A stretch of DNA of 64,000 nt from Antedon mediterranea (taxonomy: Eukaryota; Animalia; Echinodermata). Positions within the stretch are counted from its first letter, which is position 1; each line of letters starts with the position of its first letter. The translations under genes and the position numbers were made by a program. This document shows positions 25,967 through 38,600 of the stretch, in pieces. Location of the stretch: positions 20,531,045-20,595,044 of the forward strand of contig NC_092680.1 of the NCBI RefSeq assembly GCF_964355755.1, in the 5' to 3' direction. The notes under the pieces are model-generated. The model was not told where the DNA came from. It saw only the letters and a list, made by a program, of their open reading frames with translations, and did no database searches.

Positions 25967-28754
25967 AGTAAGGATAACTCTCAAAGTTTAACTCTTTAAG
26001 TCATGGCCACTAATGTGAAACGATAAAAATAAAGAAAATGAAATAATAAAGAAGGTTATATTAATCAAATCAATTTTTGAACGTGCAGTGCAGCTGTATC
26101 TATATTGAAATACTCTTTGAAAGTTTAAACACATTTTAAAAATTATCTGCCATGTTCAAACTAAAATATGATTTGATGACGTCAACAACAATAAACTAGC
26201 TTCGATTACTTTATTATTATTAGTGTATGAAATTCTGTATCACACAATAATAGTTATAAGACCGTAAAAAAGAATACGTTGGCCTACTACATGCTGAACT
26301 TTACCACATAAAATAGCCATAAAACGTTTTCGTGCGTACAATAGTCGTTTGACGTTTGTACGCGCGCGTAAACTAATTATGAAAAGCAATAATAAGAAGC
26401 GACACTATACTATACATGAAATGCAATATATAACGCCGTGTATAGCAATAGGCCAACTGTTATTCAATTGAAATCTAGGCGTTTTTGTATTGTTTTAATC
26501 ATTCTTTTGATAGTTATAATGTTTTTTCTTCTTTGCTTATGTCTTGTTCATCGCCATGTTCTTTGCATTGTTTAATGCAAGCAGAGTTATTCTACATTAA
26601 TTAATTAATAAAAATTAATGTTTCACCACGTGGTATCAATGACGTACTCAACAAAATACATACTGGGAGTGATTATATTTCAGAAATGTCAAATTGTTAA
26701 TTTGAACAAATTTGAAATTTGCTCTTTTAAAAATAATGTATACTTTCATTTCTAAGAGAGAATAAACAAACTAGAATGAAATTATTATTTATTTTTATAT
26801 AACCATTGATACAGATTATAACTTTTAAAAAACAACTAGAAAATCTAGACTTTTTTTTAATGATGATGTTTGTTTTCTTATACTTAGGAATAATTCTGAC
26901 GTGTGGTAAGAAAATGGTGAAGCACTTAGACATATATTTACTGCTCGCAAAAGTTTTAAATACACAGATTTATTTGCTAAGTTGACAACTCGGGTTAGTT
27001 CAAATTGATCAAGTATGAACTTTGATTAAATTTAGACTCATTTAAAGATATGTTATTGTATTTTTGTACTATCTACTATATGCTCGGATTAGTTCCAATT
27101 GATCATGTTTGAACTTTTATTAAATTTAGACTCATATTATAAAGATATGTTATTGTATTTTTGTACTATGTACTACTTATGCTTATCATCTCACATTCAT
27201 CATCGTTGTTACACTAAAGCGCGCGTTCTATTTCGCGCACCATTCATTCTTGTCTGGGTACGGTATAGTGAGCATGTGTAGTTTAGTACCCCGTATGTGT
27301 ATTGCCTTCATGAATAATTGTGTGTATTTCTTTTATGATTATGTATAGGTATAGTTATTGTTATTCAATTTGAACAAAGATTGAATCGAAAAAAACACTT
27401 ATTTAATAAAAGTGTGATTGTATCCATTACTTTTTTTTGGTGATAATCTTTAAGAACAATTACTGTAATTAGTATTTTGTAGAAATCTGAAACGTAAAGA
27501 TATATGACAATCATCTCTTGAGCATTCAACAGTAGTAGTTTAATATCAATGTAATTAAAGACTAATTAGACAGATTATTATCAAACTGAGTAGCTGTCGT
27601 GTTTGCCAGTAGTTCGGGCAAAATGTGTAAGCATTGGTCAAAGTGTTACTTAAGACAACGGTAGCTATGTTAAAATTAGGTCTATGCCTACAGAACATTG
27701 AAGAAGCTTCTGAATTCATTGCAGCATGGAGGGCCGGGAGGGGAGAGTTATATAAGAATACGTAAACTCTGTCTCTATCAAACTTTATGTGAAAATAAAA
27801 TGTGAAGTGCCCATAATAATGAACATGATGTCATATCACTACCATATTTAAACATATCACTACTATATACCATATATGGGCACATTTTTTTGTCACATAA
27901 AGTTTGATAGTGTAGACAGAACTTTAACGTGACTCAACAACTTATCAGCAAATTTCTGTTCTTTGAACTGTAGACTCAGTGGCTAGTTTTTAGAACACTT
28001 AGGCTATATACACAGTATCAGTTACAAAATTCTTTTTGCAATATTTCAATGTTTTTATTTTTGGTCAAAATTAATAACTATTATGTGACATTAAACAAAT
28101 GTTTAAAAATATTGTTTTGCGGACCTTTGTGGCTTATTTAAATATCTCTATACATAAAATTACAACGCATATTCTACGAACATAACAGGGATATTTGTGG
28201 TTTATTTAAATCTATACATAAAATGAAAACGCACATTCCACGAATAAAAACGCATAATTAGGCAAAAAAATAATTAATATTGTTAAATGTCTTTAAGTTC
28301 ATTAAGAGTCAATTCAACAATGACGTATATCAAATTATGTCTTATTTTAAAATATGAAGGATTCGCAGTTCATTGTTATGTAAATGCCTTAATCAAAGCC
28401 AAAGAATGTATCAATTTTGCTTTATTTCAACGATATTAGATAAGGTAAACTTACAGCTGGACAAAATGTAGACTTGTCCCAAATCTTTTTTATGTTAGTC
28501 GATTTTTGCCTGAAAATACGAGCTCAAATATGAAACGTCATATGTGCCAAAATATGTATTTTTTTCCTAACATTAAGTCAAAACTCCGTCTAGAACATAG
28601 ACTAGACAAAATGATACCAGTTGATATTCAACGCCCTTTTACTAAAATTCCAATAAAATGAACTTTAAGAAAACTACACATGAAAACATTAACATTAAAA
28701 ATAGAACTACAATTCGAATGTTTCATGAATATGCCTGGTAATGTATATGATATT

Positions 28755-28970
28755 GTACACTTAAGGAATCCATTACACCTTTCGAAAGAGTAGGGGGTTA
28801 TACCCTGGTGTACTGGTCAATGTAGCTCCTGTCGTTGTGGAAAGACGAATTGGCGACGTTTGGTGGCAGAACTCGACACGAAGAAAGTTTCGCTTCGTTT
28901 ACACCTGTGCGCGATTCAGCTCAGTAGGCTGCAAGTCACAGGTCATTTCTCAATTTACACTTACACTATT
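28755..28970 (+). mobile_element. Partial Deu/Nin SINE with a different 3' tail
   Basis: Core gtacacttaaggaatccattacacctttcgaaagagtagggggttataccctggtgtactgg, followed by gcgattcagctcagtaggctgcaag, a LINE-type 3' stem-loop. Confidence 0.55.
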
Positions 28971-29649
28971 AAATCCGTATTAATTTACATGATGATAGTA
29001 ATTAACCAAGAAGAGTGGAATTATATGTAATTTCACTTTTTCCTGGTAAACAGATTACTTTATCAATGTACTCATCTATACGATACTATTCTGTTCTATT
29101 TTCTAGTGTTATATCTACAAAATAATAATTATAATAATTATTTAGTTTAGGCCTATAAGGCCTATGCATGTTTGGTTGTTCACTCTGTATATTTTGGTTT
29201 GTTCTTTTGATATGCATAGGCCTGCATTTTATGCTACTGTATATTGTATTTAGAATATATATTTGTTTTTTTCGGTTTATAAATAATAGCGATTGGTAGT
29301 TGTTAAATTATTAATATATCTGAAGGTTACTTGTTTATGACTGCCTATAAACATTTCTAATCCAGATCTCATTAACAGCCTACGCAAAATAAAAACAATA
29401 AATGACAAAAAAATATTATTTTCCAAGCGTGAAATGAAGCTCGTAAAGTATAGGGCTTATAAGTCTGGTCGTCGTATATACTTTTCTAAATATGGAATTT
29501 CATCAATAAATGCTATTACTAATTTATAATACGATTATAGAGGTAATACGAATTCTAAATGGATGTAAGTGGATTGTAATGAAAAACAACTTCACAAGTT
29601 CGCAAACTTATAAGAGCATGTACTAATGTGTTGGACCACATGTTGTCAA

Positions 29650-30205
29650 AGTCAATTTTGGTGGAGTGCTATTTTGTTTGAGCAAACTTTGTTAGACATT
29701 GTTGGAGTGAGCTTTTTCAGAGCACACTTTAAATGCACTTTGTTGGAGATTAGTTTGTTAGAGTGTAGCCTAGATTGTTGGCGTGTACCGTACTTTGATG
29801 AAGTGTACTTTGATGGAGTGTACTTTGTTAGAGTGTACTTTGTTGGAGTGTACTTTGTTGGAGTGTACTTTGTTGGAGTGTACTTTGATGGAGTGTACTT
29901 TGTTAGAGTCTAGCCTAGATTGTTGGAGTGTACCGTACTTTGATGGAGTGTACCGTACTTTGATGGAGTGTACTTTGTTGGAGTGTACTTTGTTGGAGTG
30001 TACTTTGTTGGAGTGTACTTTGTTGGAGTGTACTTTGTTAGTGTGTACTTTGTTGGAGCACACTTTGTTAGAGTGTACTTTGTTGGAGTGTAATCTTTCA
30101 GGGAGAGTACAAACATTGTTAGAGTGTACATTGTTGGAGTGTACTTTGTTGTTAGATTACACTTTATTAGAGTGTAGCCTACATTGTTGAAGTGTACTTT
30201 GTTAT
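29650..30205. repeat. 15-bp minisatellite (GGAGTGTACTTTGTT)n
   Basis: Tandem array with degenerate edges. It explains the LLECT/VYFVG/KVHSN ORFs. Confidence 0.92.
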
Positions 30206-32615
30206 ATCACAATTTGTTAGAACACACTTGTAAAAGCATGGAACATTTATTAAGGCATACTTTTAAAACTATTTTGATGACTCAAATCATGAAAAACACA
30301 TGTTATGCAGTATCATGGATATGTCTATGCTGACATTATTGTTACGGTGGGGAATGGGTCAAGCAACTCTCCTATAAGTGTGAAACAAATCAAATATAAT
30401 GTCCTACATCGTGTCACATTAAATATTCTTGTCGAGTGTTTAAACTTCGTTTGCAATGTAAAATATAAACTAATAAAATGCATAGATTAATTAAGTTTAC
30501 CCATAATGTTCTCAACCTTCTTAAAAAAGTTACCATATGACTTGACATACATTGTTGGTTCAATCAATCACCATCATATCGAGTAAAAAAAGAATCTTAT
30601 TTCTAAGCCAACTTATCGATTGTACTTGCCGTGGGCCTGGTAGTTTTACACAACTTGACTACAGCTTATGATATTTTTAATATAAAAATTATTATTTTAT
30701 ATTCTGAACTCGAATAAATGATCATTAACGATCACAAAAGTAGGTCAATATGTATTTACATTTATAAAAACATATCATATATATATATAAAATATACAAT
30801 AATAATAAAAACTCGTATTTTTAACTCCAATTTGTATTTTTATTTGAAACCTGTCGGATAATTACAGATTAATGTATACATATATTGACTGTAAATTTAT
30901 TGAAATAACCAGTTTATTGGTTCAAACATTAACTTCACAGTAATAAAACATGTGAAACAAGCAGTTTATTTAGGGACCATGTCAATACAGTATTCTACTG
31001 CAGTAACTGCAGTTCCGGTTTTTTTACTCTTAAACAAATATTATGTAATTATTTAGTAAGCTTTTTTTCATAAATCATATAATACACACTGTTTATATAC
31101 AGTGACTCCCTCATAAACCTGTACGTTGAAACTAACTAAAAATACGTTATTTCAGTAGACAATGTGGTTACTGCAGCAACTGCAGTAAACTCATTGTTAC
31201 AAAATCCATTACTCTTCAGTACATTTTATTTGCAACAAACACTAAAAAGATCATAACTAAACTTGAAAACATCAATGTTTATTTATTTAACAATGTCATA
31301 CAAAATAAACCAACATGGTTTTTTGTCCTTTATAAATAATACTATTTCTTGACTTCTCCAGATGTGTGCATTGTACAGGTGTCTTAACAGTAACATTGTT
31401 TGAATTTGTATTGTTTTATTCGTGTATGGCCACAGGAAAACAACCATGTGTTGATCTGGGCCTCCATGGTTAAATAAAGTTGAATTGAATTGAATTGAAC
31501 TCCCCCTTCATTGATAATGAAATACTTCATTGATCTGAGGTGTTTTTAAAAATAGACTCATACAATATACTCATATCTGAATTGCGACAGTCCATTTCTT
31601 TTACCTAATCTCCAAATCAGTTCAATATTGGATCACATTAATGAATAGGAAATTGAACACTAAAAAATTTAATTTATTCCCACTAGGATTCCATGACGAA
31701 CAAACACCAAAGTAATCTGACCAATCACAAGCCACAGTTTGAATGACTCTTTGCTTGTGATTGGTCAAATTTCTCCTTGCACAGATAAAACAACGTTTTT
31801 GTAAATTTGCAATAGATGGCAAATGTGTGAAAGATTCGCAATAGTTTCATAATCACTAATAAGAAATGTACATTTACTACATAGGCTATAAAAATATAGA
31901 TTAATAATAATATTTAATCATTAATACTAATAAATTATAATTATAAAATTATAAAGAAATTGCCTCTCGTTATTTAGAGTCAGTTTTATACTATGTTAAA
32001 GAAATTATTGTTTTACAGAATTGGCCTACACAAGTATAAATAAATATATGGAACACTCTTAATAAAAAATATGTAAAAATAATTAATTAATAACTATACA
32101 ATTCTGTGCAATTAAAATAGTCAGCCAATGCAATACTGTGAAATTATTTCTTTAATGTGAATAATCAGTTGCAATTAATGTTTCAGATTTGAGAGAGTAT
32201 TGAACAAACAGTAAATGTGTGCTGGCCCCGTGATTTTTTTCCAAAAACTTTCTCTAAAGATCTGATTGTAAAGAGTATATTTCCTAAATGTAACTAAACC
32301 CTCTAAACTATCTCAACTATTAAATGTTTCGAACGGAGGGCCCCAGTGTCACAAGGTATACATTCAGCCAATACTTGACAAAAAATAGTTTGATCTGTGT
32401 CCATGTCTGCATTATGCATATACATCATCATGTTCTCCCTAAGACGAGGTGCTTTCCCTCCGATTTTTAGAGAAAGTTTTTAAACCATGCGTGCTGGTCA
32501 TAATACACCTCATATCACTAGACACGTCCATTGAAAAGAACAGTTTTAGAAAGAAAATCGCATCTAAAAACAGAATTCATATTTCCTTCAACTGCTTTTT
32601 ACTGTCCTTTGTTAC

Positions 32616-35600
32616 TCAATCTTCGCTGTCACTGTCCCTATTATCGGTACTTGACTCGTCATCATCGTCTTCTACTACCACCAGTGTTTTGTTGTACCCG
32701 TGTGCCGTTTTATTTGCCCCATCCTTTCGTGCTGGTTTTGGCATTTTGTGAGTCAGTACTAGTGGGTATATCTCTTCAATAGCTCTCTGTATGTTGGCAA
32801 CTGCTGGTGCTAAAAAGTGATGTTTTATAATAAATTAATATCAGAAAATGTATTACAAACAGAACATGCTTAAAGCTCTGTCTACACTATCAAACTTTAT
32901 GTGACAAAGCAATGCGATGTGCCCATATATGGACATGATGATGTCATATCACTACCATATTTGGGCACATCACACGTTTTTTGTCAAACTAGTTTGATAG
33001 TGTAGACAGAGCTTTAAAGAGCGGTATAAAAGTGGTTAAATTGTATTGAAGCAGTGTAAACAAATTTATTTTACCAGATGTCAGTACTATAATTAATTTA
33101 CCAATGGTGTTTTCAATTAATTCTCATGTCTTGATGGTTTTTGAATAGATCAAATTGAAATAACTTAATATACAGTAGGCATGATGTTGTTAAACATCCT
33201 TTCTAGCCTGGGATTTGTTGATACGTTGAATTTTGTGTTGGTTTTGTTTAATACAAACAATGTAAAATATCTCATGGACAAAAACAGTTTAAAATATGGG
33301 AATATCTTCTTGTATAGACACTGTATAATGTATGTAGACAAATGAAGGAAGTATTAAATGACAAAATAATTAAACACACTTGATAGACACATGTAATAGA
33401 AATAATATAATGTTACAGTTTTCATATTGTTACTAGCAAAATAAAAGGAAAACATAATTATGTCACCTACAGCTAAGTATCAACAACCAAGTTATTTAAT
33501 TTAAACTTTTTCAAGATTACTCCCAAAGTGTCATCTAACTGTATATCAAAGCACATTATTGTAGATGATTTCCAGTATTAATTTTCACATTAAATGTGAA
33601 TCTAAACCATGTCTGATAGTTATTGAACATACTTAATGAAAACAGGCTCTTGAGTGTCACAACTAAAATGATTTAAAAGAAGAATGTGACTGAACTTGTC
33701 TTATTACTACTAGCATCAAAAAACAACAAAGTACATTAGTACAAAAAGAATATTTATGAACTACTTTGCGCGTAAAAACAAAAATCAGATTTCAGATAAA
33801 ATCTGGGTGTACTTACTGATGGAAATTGACACATTTATTTAAAGAAGGTTATTTGTACTGTAATTAAAATAAATATGGTCTCTGCTGTACCCAGCACAAT
33901 ATAAAGCACTGTGAGAATGATTGTTTATCAGCGCTGTATAAAATCACGCTATTATTATTAATTAAATCGTAAAAATCATGAAAATAAAAGAATAAACTGT
34001 TTGGAAGGAGAGATGATGGCTATTAAAATCAATACAATCCAATCCGGGGCTAAACGCACATATATTTATTTAATACAGAGATTACTGTATGCATTAGCCA
34101 CCTATCAAAATTAAACGAGGCTAAAATTAGTAAAATAACAAATAGAACGTTATACTTAGCATTTATATTATAGATTATTTTTTTAAATAAAACAACTTAA
34201 ACCCATGGTATTAGAATGTTTTTAAATGATTTTGAAATTTAAACAATTTGACAAATTCACTGGTAGTAGCTGAAATTTTAGTATAAAAAAGATAAGAAAC
34301 ACAGTCATCTACTTTACAAAAAAAATTATGTCCAATCTAAAGCCAATATGGACAGGATGATTTCATATCACTACCATATGTAAGCATATCACTACCATAT
34401 TTGGGCACAAAAACTCCCTCCTGTACGTCTGTAGGCTCAAAACAATGACTAAAAAATATTATTAAATATATTCAGCATTCAGTCAGTTTTAAATTAACTG
34501 ACTGAACTACATAATATATTCCATTTAAAATCTGTTTTCAAATCCCTTTTTCGAGCCAGTACGTAAAATGTCAATTCTGTGATTTATCCCATTTTTTGTT
34601 TATGCCGTGATTTACAACAGTATTAACCAGATTCTTTGCTTTGATTAAAATCTATCCATCTAGTAAATGTATTGATGGTAATACCAGTATTTAAGTCTAT
34701 GGCATTTTGATCTTTAGTTTTAAATCAAGATACAATAGAAGATATCATTAATGTCAGGTATAAATAATTAAGATTTTGACCTTCATAGTAAAGTGTAGTT
34801 ATAAATAAAATATATAAAAAAAACAATAAACACAAATAAAAGATGAAAATGACATGCAACCTAAAAACAAGTAAATTGAAATACAGAATGGTACATATTG
34901 TTGCATCTCTGTAATTTGAAATAAGAATTTGACATTTGTATGCAACAAACAAACTTATTTCTTTATAAATACTAATATAAATATAACTATATGATTGCAG
35001 TACACTGAATATATCTATTTTATTGTCATCGTTTTTGTTTTATTATTATTTTTTTTATTATTTTAAATAGTCAATTTTTTTTAGTTTATATGGATGTGTA
35101 TGTCAACTTATATATTATATTTATCTATTTTTTTAGTTGTAATTGTATCTGGGTTCTTTCTTGAGACAAGAAACTTGATTTCTTCTAAAGAAGACCCTAA
35201 ATGATGGTTTATTAGACACCATGTTCCTTTAAGTACACACCTACAGTATGTTATATTGTACAATAATATGCCATTATTGAATAAATAAATGTATTTTAAA
35301 CATTTTTAATTTAAACATGGCTGTCACGTTATTTTGCTCAATACTATAAAAAGGCTGTCTTATTAGCAGACATAATACAGCAGATGAACCTCTAATAGAG
35401 GGACATCTTTAGGACCCAACAAAGTGTAGTATATCCACTGAAGATAGGAGTGTTAATTTCCCTCATTTGTTTCAAAATAGACTTCGATAACTCCAAGGGA
35501 GCCATATTTAAAAGGTCAATCGGGACAAAACAGTTTTATCTAGGCGCAAGGCTAGTGCGATGGATGTAAATTTAAATCATCGCGCTAGCCTAGATGAAAA

Positions 35601-38600
35601 TTTGTGTCCCGATTGACCTTTTAAATATGGCTCCCTCTGGAGTTATCGAAGTCACTTATTAATATAGTATCTGTGAATGGGGGGGGGGGTGTCCCAAAGG
35701 AGGAGTTATACTGTATTGAATCAGAAACTAAAAGAAAAAAAAATATTAAATTAGGGTCCAAGATGATGATGAAAAAGCAAGAATATTAAAGGATCAATAA
35801 AAAAAAAGTGTGTACAAGATGAACAGCAATAAACTGAATTTAATGAGCATTTGAAATTCTATATTCCTAAACAATAAAACAAGCTATATTATCTTATAAA
35901 CATATCACGCACATGGGTATGTGAAACATAAATAAGGTAATCAAAGATTATAAAAAAAAAAAATTATTATTCATTATGATGAAGCCTCAGGACAATTGAC
36001 AGCAAGATATATTACACATGACATTTCAAACAGCACCTCCATTATAATATCTACTGGACTTTTAACTTAAGAACAAGGTTAAAGCTAAATAAAAAATATA
36101 TATGTACGCTTTAGAGTGTTCGATCATTTTATAAGAATCTGAGGATTTTAGTTTTATATAAGATAAGAATCAACAATTTCTAGAACTTTAAATAATTCAG
36201 GGCAGTATTTATTTATTTATTCAACTTTGTTTTACCAGGGTACTGTAGCTCTAACAGCTACAGCAGTAAATCTGACTTGATGAGGCCCTCAGTATACATT
36301 GGAGGTAAAGTCAAGACCTGTATTTATTCTGAACGTAGGGGAATGAGCTGTTAGGAGCTCATTGTACTAAGCATTGGCATTATGTGGTAGAACGTAGGGG
36401 AATGAGCTGTTAGGAGCTCATTGTACTAAGCATTGGCATTATGTGGTAGAACGTAGGGGAATGAGCTGTTAGGAGCTCATTGTACTAAGCATTGGCATTA
36501 TGTGGTAGGGTGACCAGTTCCTTTCCATGACAGAAAGAAAGGGTGTCCCCTTAATAGCGGCGCGGGTTTGCTGTAGTATTAAAATAAACAGTACACATTT
36601 ATTTCCTTTGTTTTGGGAGAAAGTGTTCCACCCCCTCCTTAGTTGAATAGCAGTGTTCAAAATGAGGATTTAAACATATTTTCAATTTAATAATTTAATC
36701 TTCAAATGTAATTGGTACATTGAGTCTTAAAGTGTGTCCTACATGTTGATATATTTTTAATAAAATTATAAATTGAAAATGGATGGGAAAAGCGCTGGAG
36801 GAAAGAAATGCATTTAAAGCAGGAAATGTTTAACATTGAGCAGGTGGGCAGATGAAAGAAGATGGAGAGTAAAGGAGTCAAAATGAGAAGAATAATAGCG
36901 CATGGTATCAAGGAGTTATCAGCAGAATAACCTTTTGTTTTGTCTCAAAAGTTATCTGACCAAGTAGGATCAAGCCATACAATGTTAGATGAATGTTATC
37001 AAGAGGACTGCATTGCTCGTCAGATGCTAGTCTACTACATTGTAAAAATAGTGTTTAGATCTTAAACATGTATTTTGTACCCACTTTTTCCATGTTTAGA
37101 TATGAACATGTTTAGTTTCTAAATTACATTCTAAATATGTAGTCTGTATCCAACTCAACACATCAATAACGTGTTAATTGTTAAACATGTGGAGCAATAT
37201 AAAGACACGTTTAGGTTTTAAACGTGTTTAACTTTATTTGCCATGTGTGGAGCTCATGTGTGGAGCTTTTTTCTGCCACAGTAAATCATATGCATGCAAC
37301 GCTAAACATGTACCTAAACATGTTGAATGAACGTATAGTGACATGTTGACTGCTAAACGATTGGAGAAAAAAGCAACTTCTAGCTATAAACACGTTTTAC
37401 TCTTAAATGTTAAAGTATGAGTACAAAAATAACAGTAAATTTATGCAAAATAATTGAAAACAGATCATTAAAATACTTAAACTGACAGTAATTTAGCCTG
37501 GATCAGTTTAGTTGGTCATTTACTATTTATGAGTGTATTTAACTACATTCATAGTGCATTGTAAGTTCACGACTTTCAAAGTAAAATTCTTTTTGTACTG
37601 ATTACAGTACTACAACTAAATTGACAGCGCAATTTGTTTTTTGCACCAATTACAACTTGGAACATGAACGTAAGCTATCAGAACATTAATTAAGCTAGTG
37701 AGGACGGGAGAGAATTGATTAGAAGAGAATGTGCAGATGTTTGCCGCACTCTATTGGTTTCGATGTAGTCAAGGTGTCGTGTGTACTCTATCAAAAGTTC
37801 ATAATAACAAAAAATATTAAATAAGATTACTTACACAAAGCATGTGCACATTGTCAAATTACTGTAAGTATAATATTCAATAGGAATTCTGAGAAGATAA
37901 CATTATTACTGTCAATTGTCATTGTCAATTTGTAGAAATAGACATAAAACATCTCAAACTCTACAGTCAGGTTGGCACACATGTATTTTTTGTTCACATT
38001 TTAATAACTGTGCATAAAAATTGTTATCCAATTATTATGAAAAATAAATGAGTTTATCTTGGCTTTCATGGAATTCAATTCTTTCACACTGGCTACTGTA
38101 ATAAAACTCTGTAGTTAAATACACACTGGGGCACAAACCAAACAAAACACGTTATATGAGAGCTGTGTGTTTGGCTACAGTAGACAGAGGAAGTTTCAAG
38201 GGGGAGGGGAAGTAAGCCCTCCCAGCCAGGGCCCCCTCTAAGCCACCCCGCCCCAAAATTTCAAAATCCTGGATCTGCCACTGTTTGGTGATGTAAAAAG
38301 GGTATAATTTGTATTTATATGAATGACAACGCTATCTTCACTTTCCTTAGTACCTACTGTAACGTGCTATCATTTTCTGGTGCCTATTGGTACAGTTTGT
38401 TTTAACCATAAATTCAGCAAATGTGTTCATAATAGCAAATAACATTTTGATATAGTGAAATACAAGTACTGCTCAATCAAATCCAAGTATTAAAATGTAC
38501 ATTTTTATAGCTTTCTCATAAAATACATTTCTAACTAGCACATCTTGGTCGAGATTTGCGTTTATAACCCAGTTTATTACGCAGCTAAGGACTGTGTAAA

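Noticed and set aside
29626-30190. Pentapeptide-repeat-like ORFs (LLECT, VYFVG)
   Set aside because: A 15-bp minisatellite that is open in several frames on both strands.
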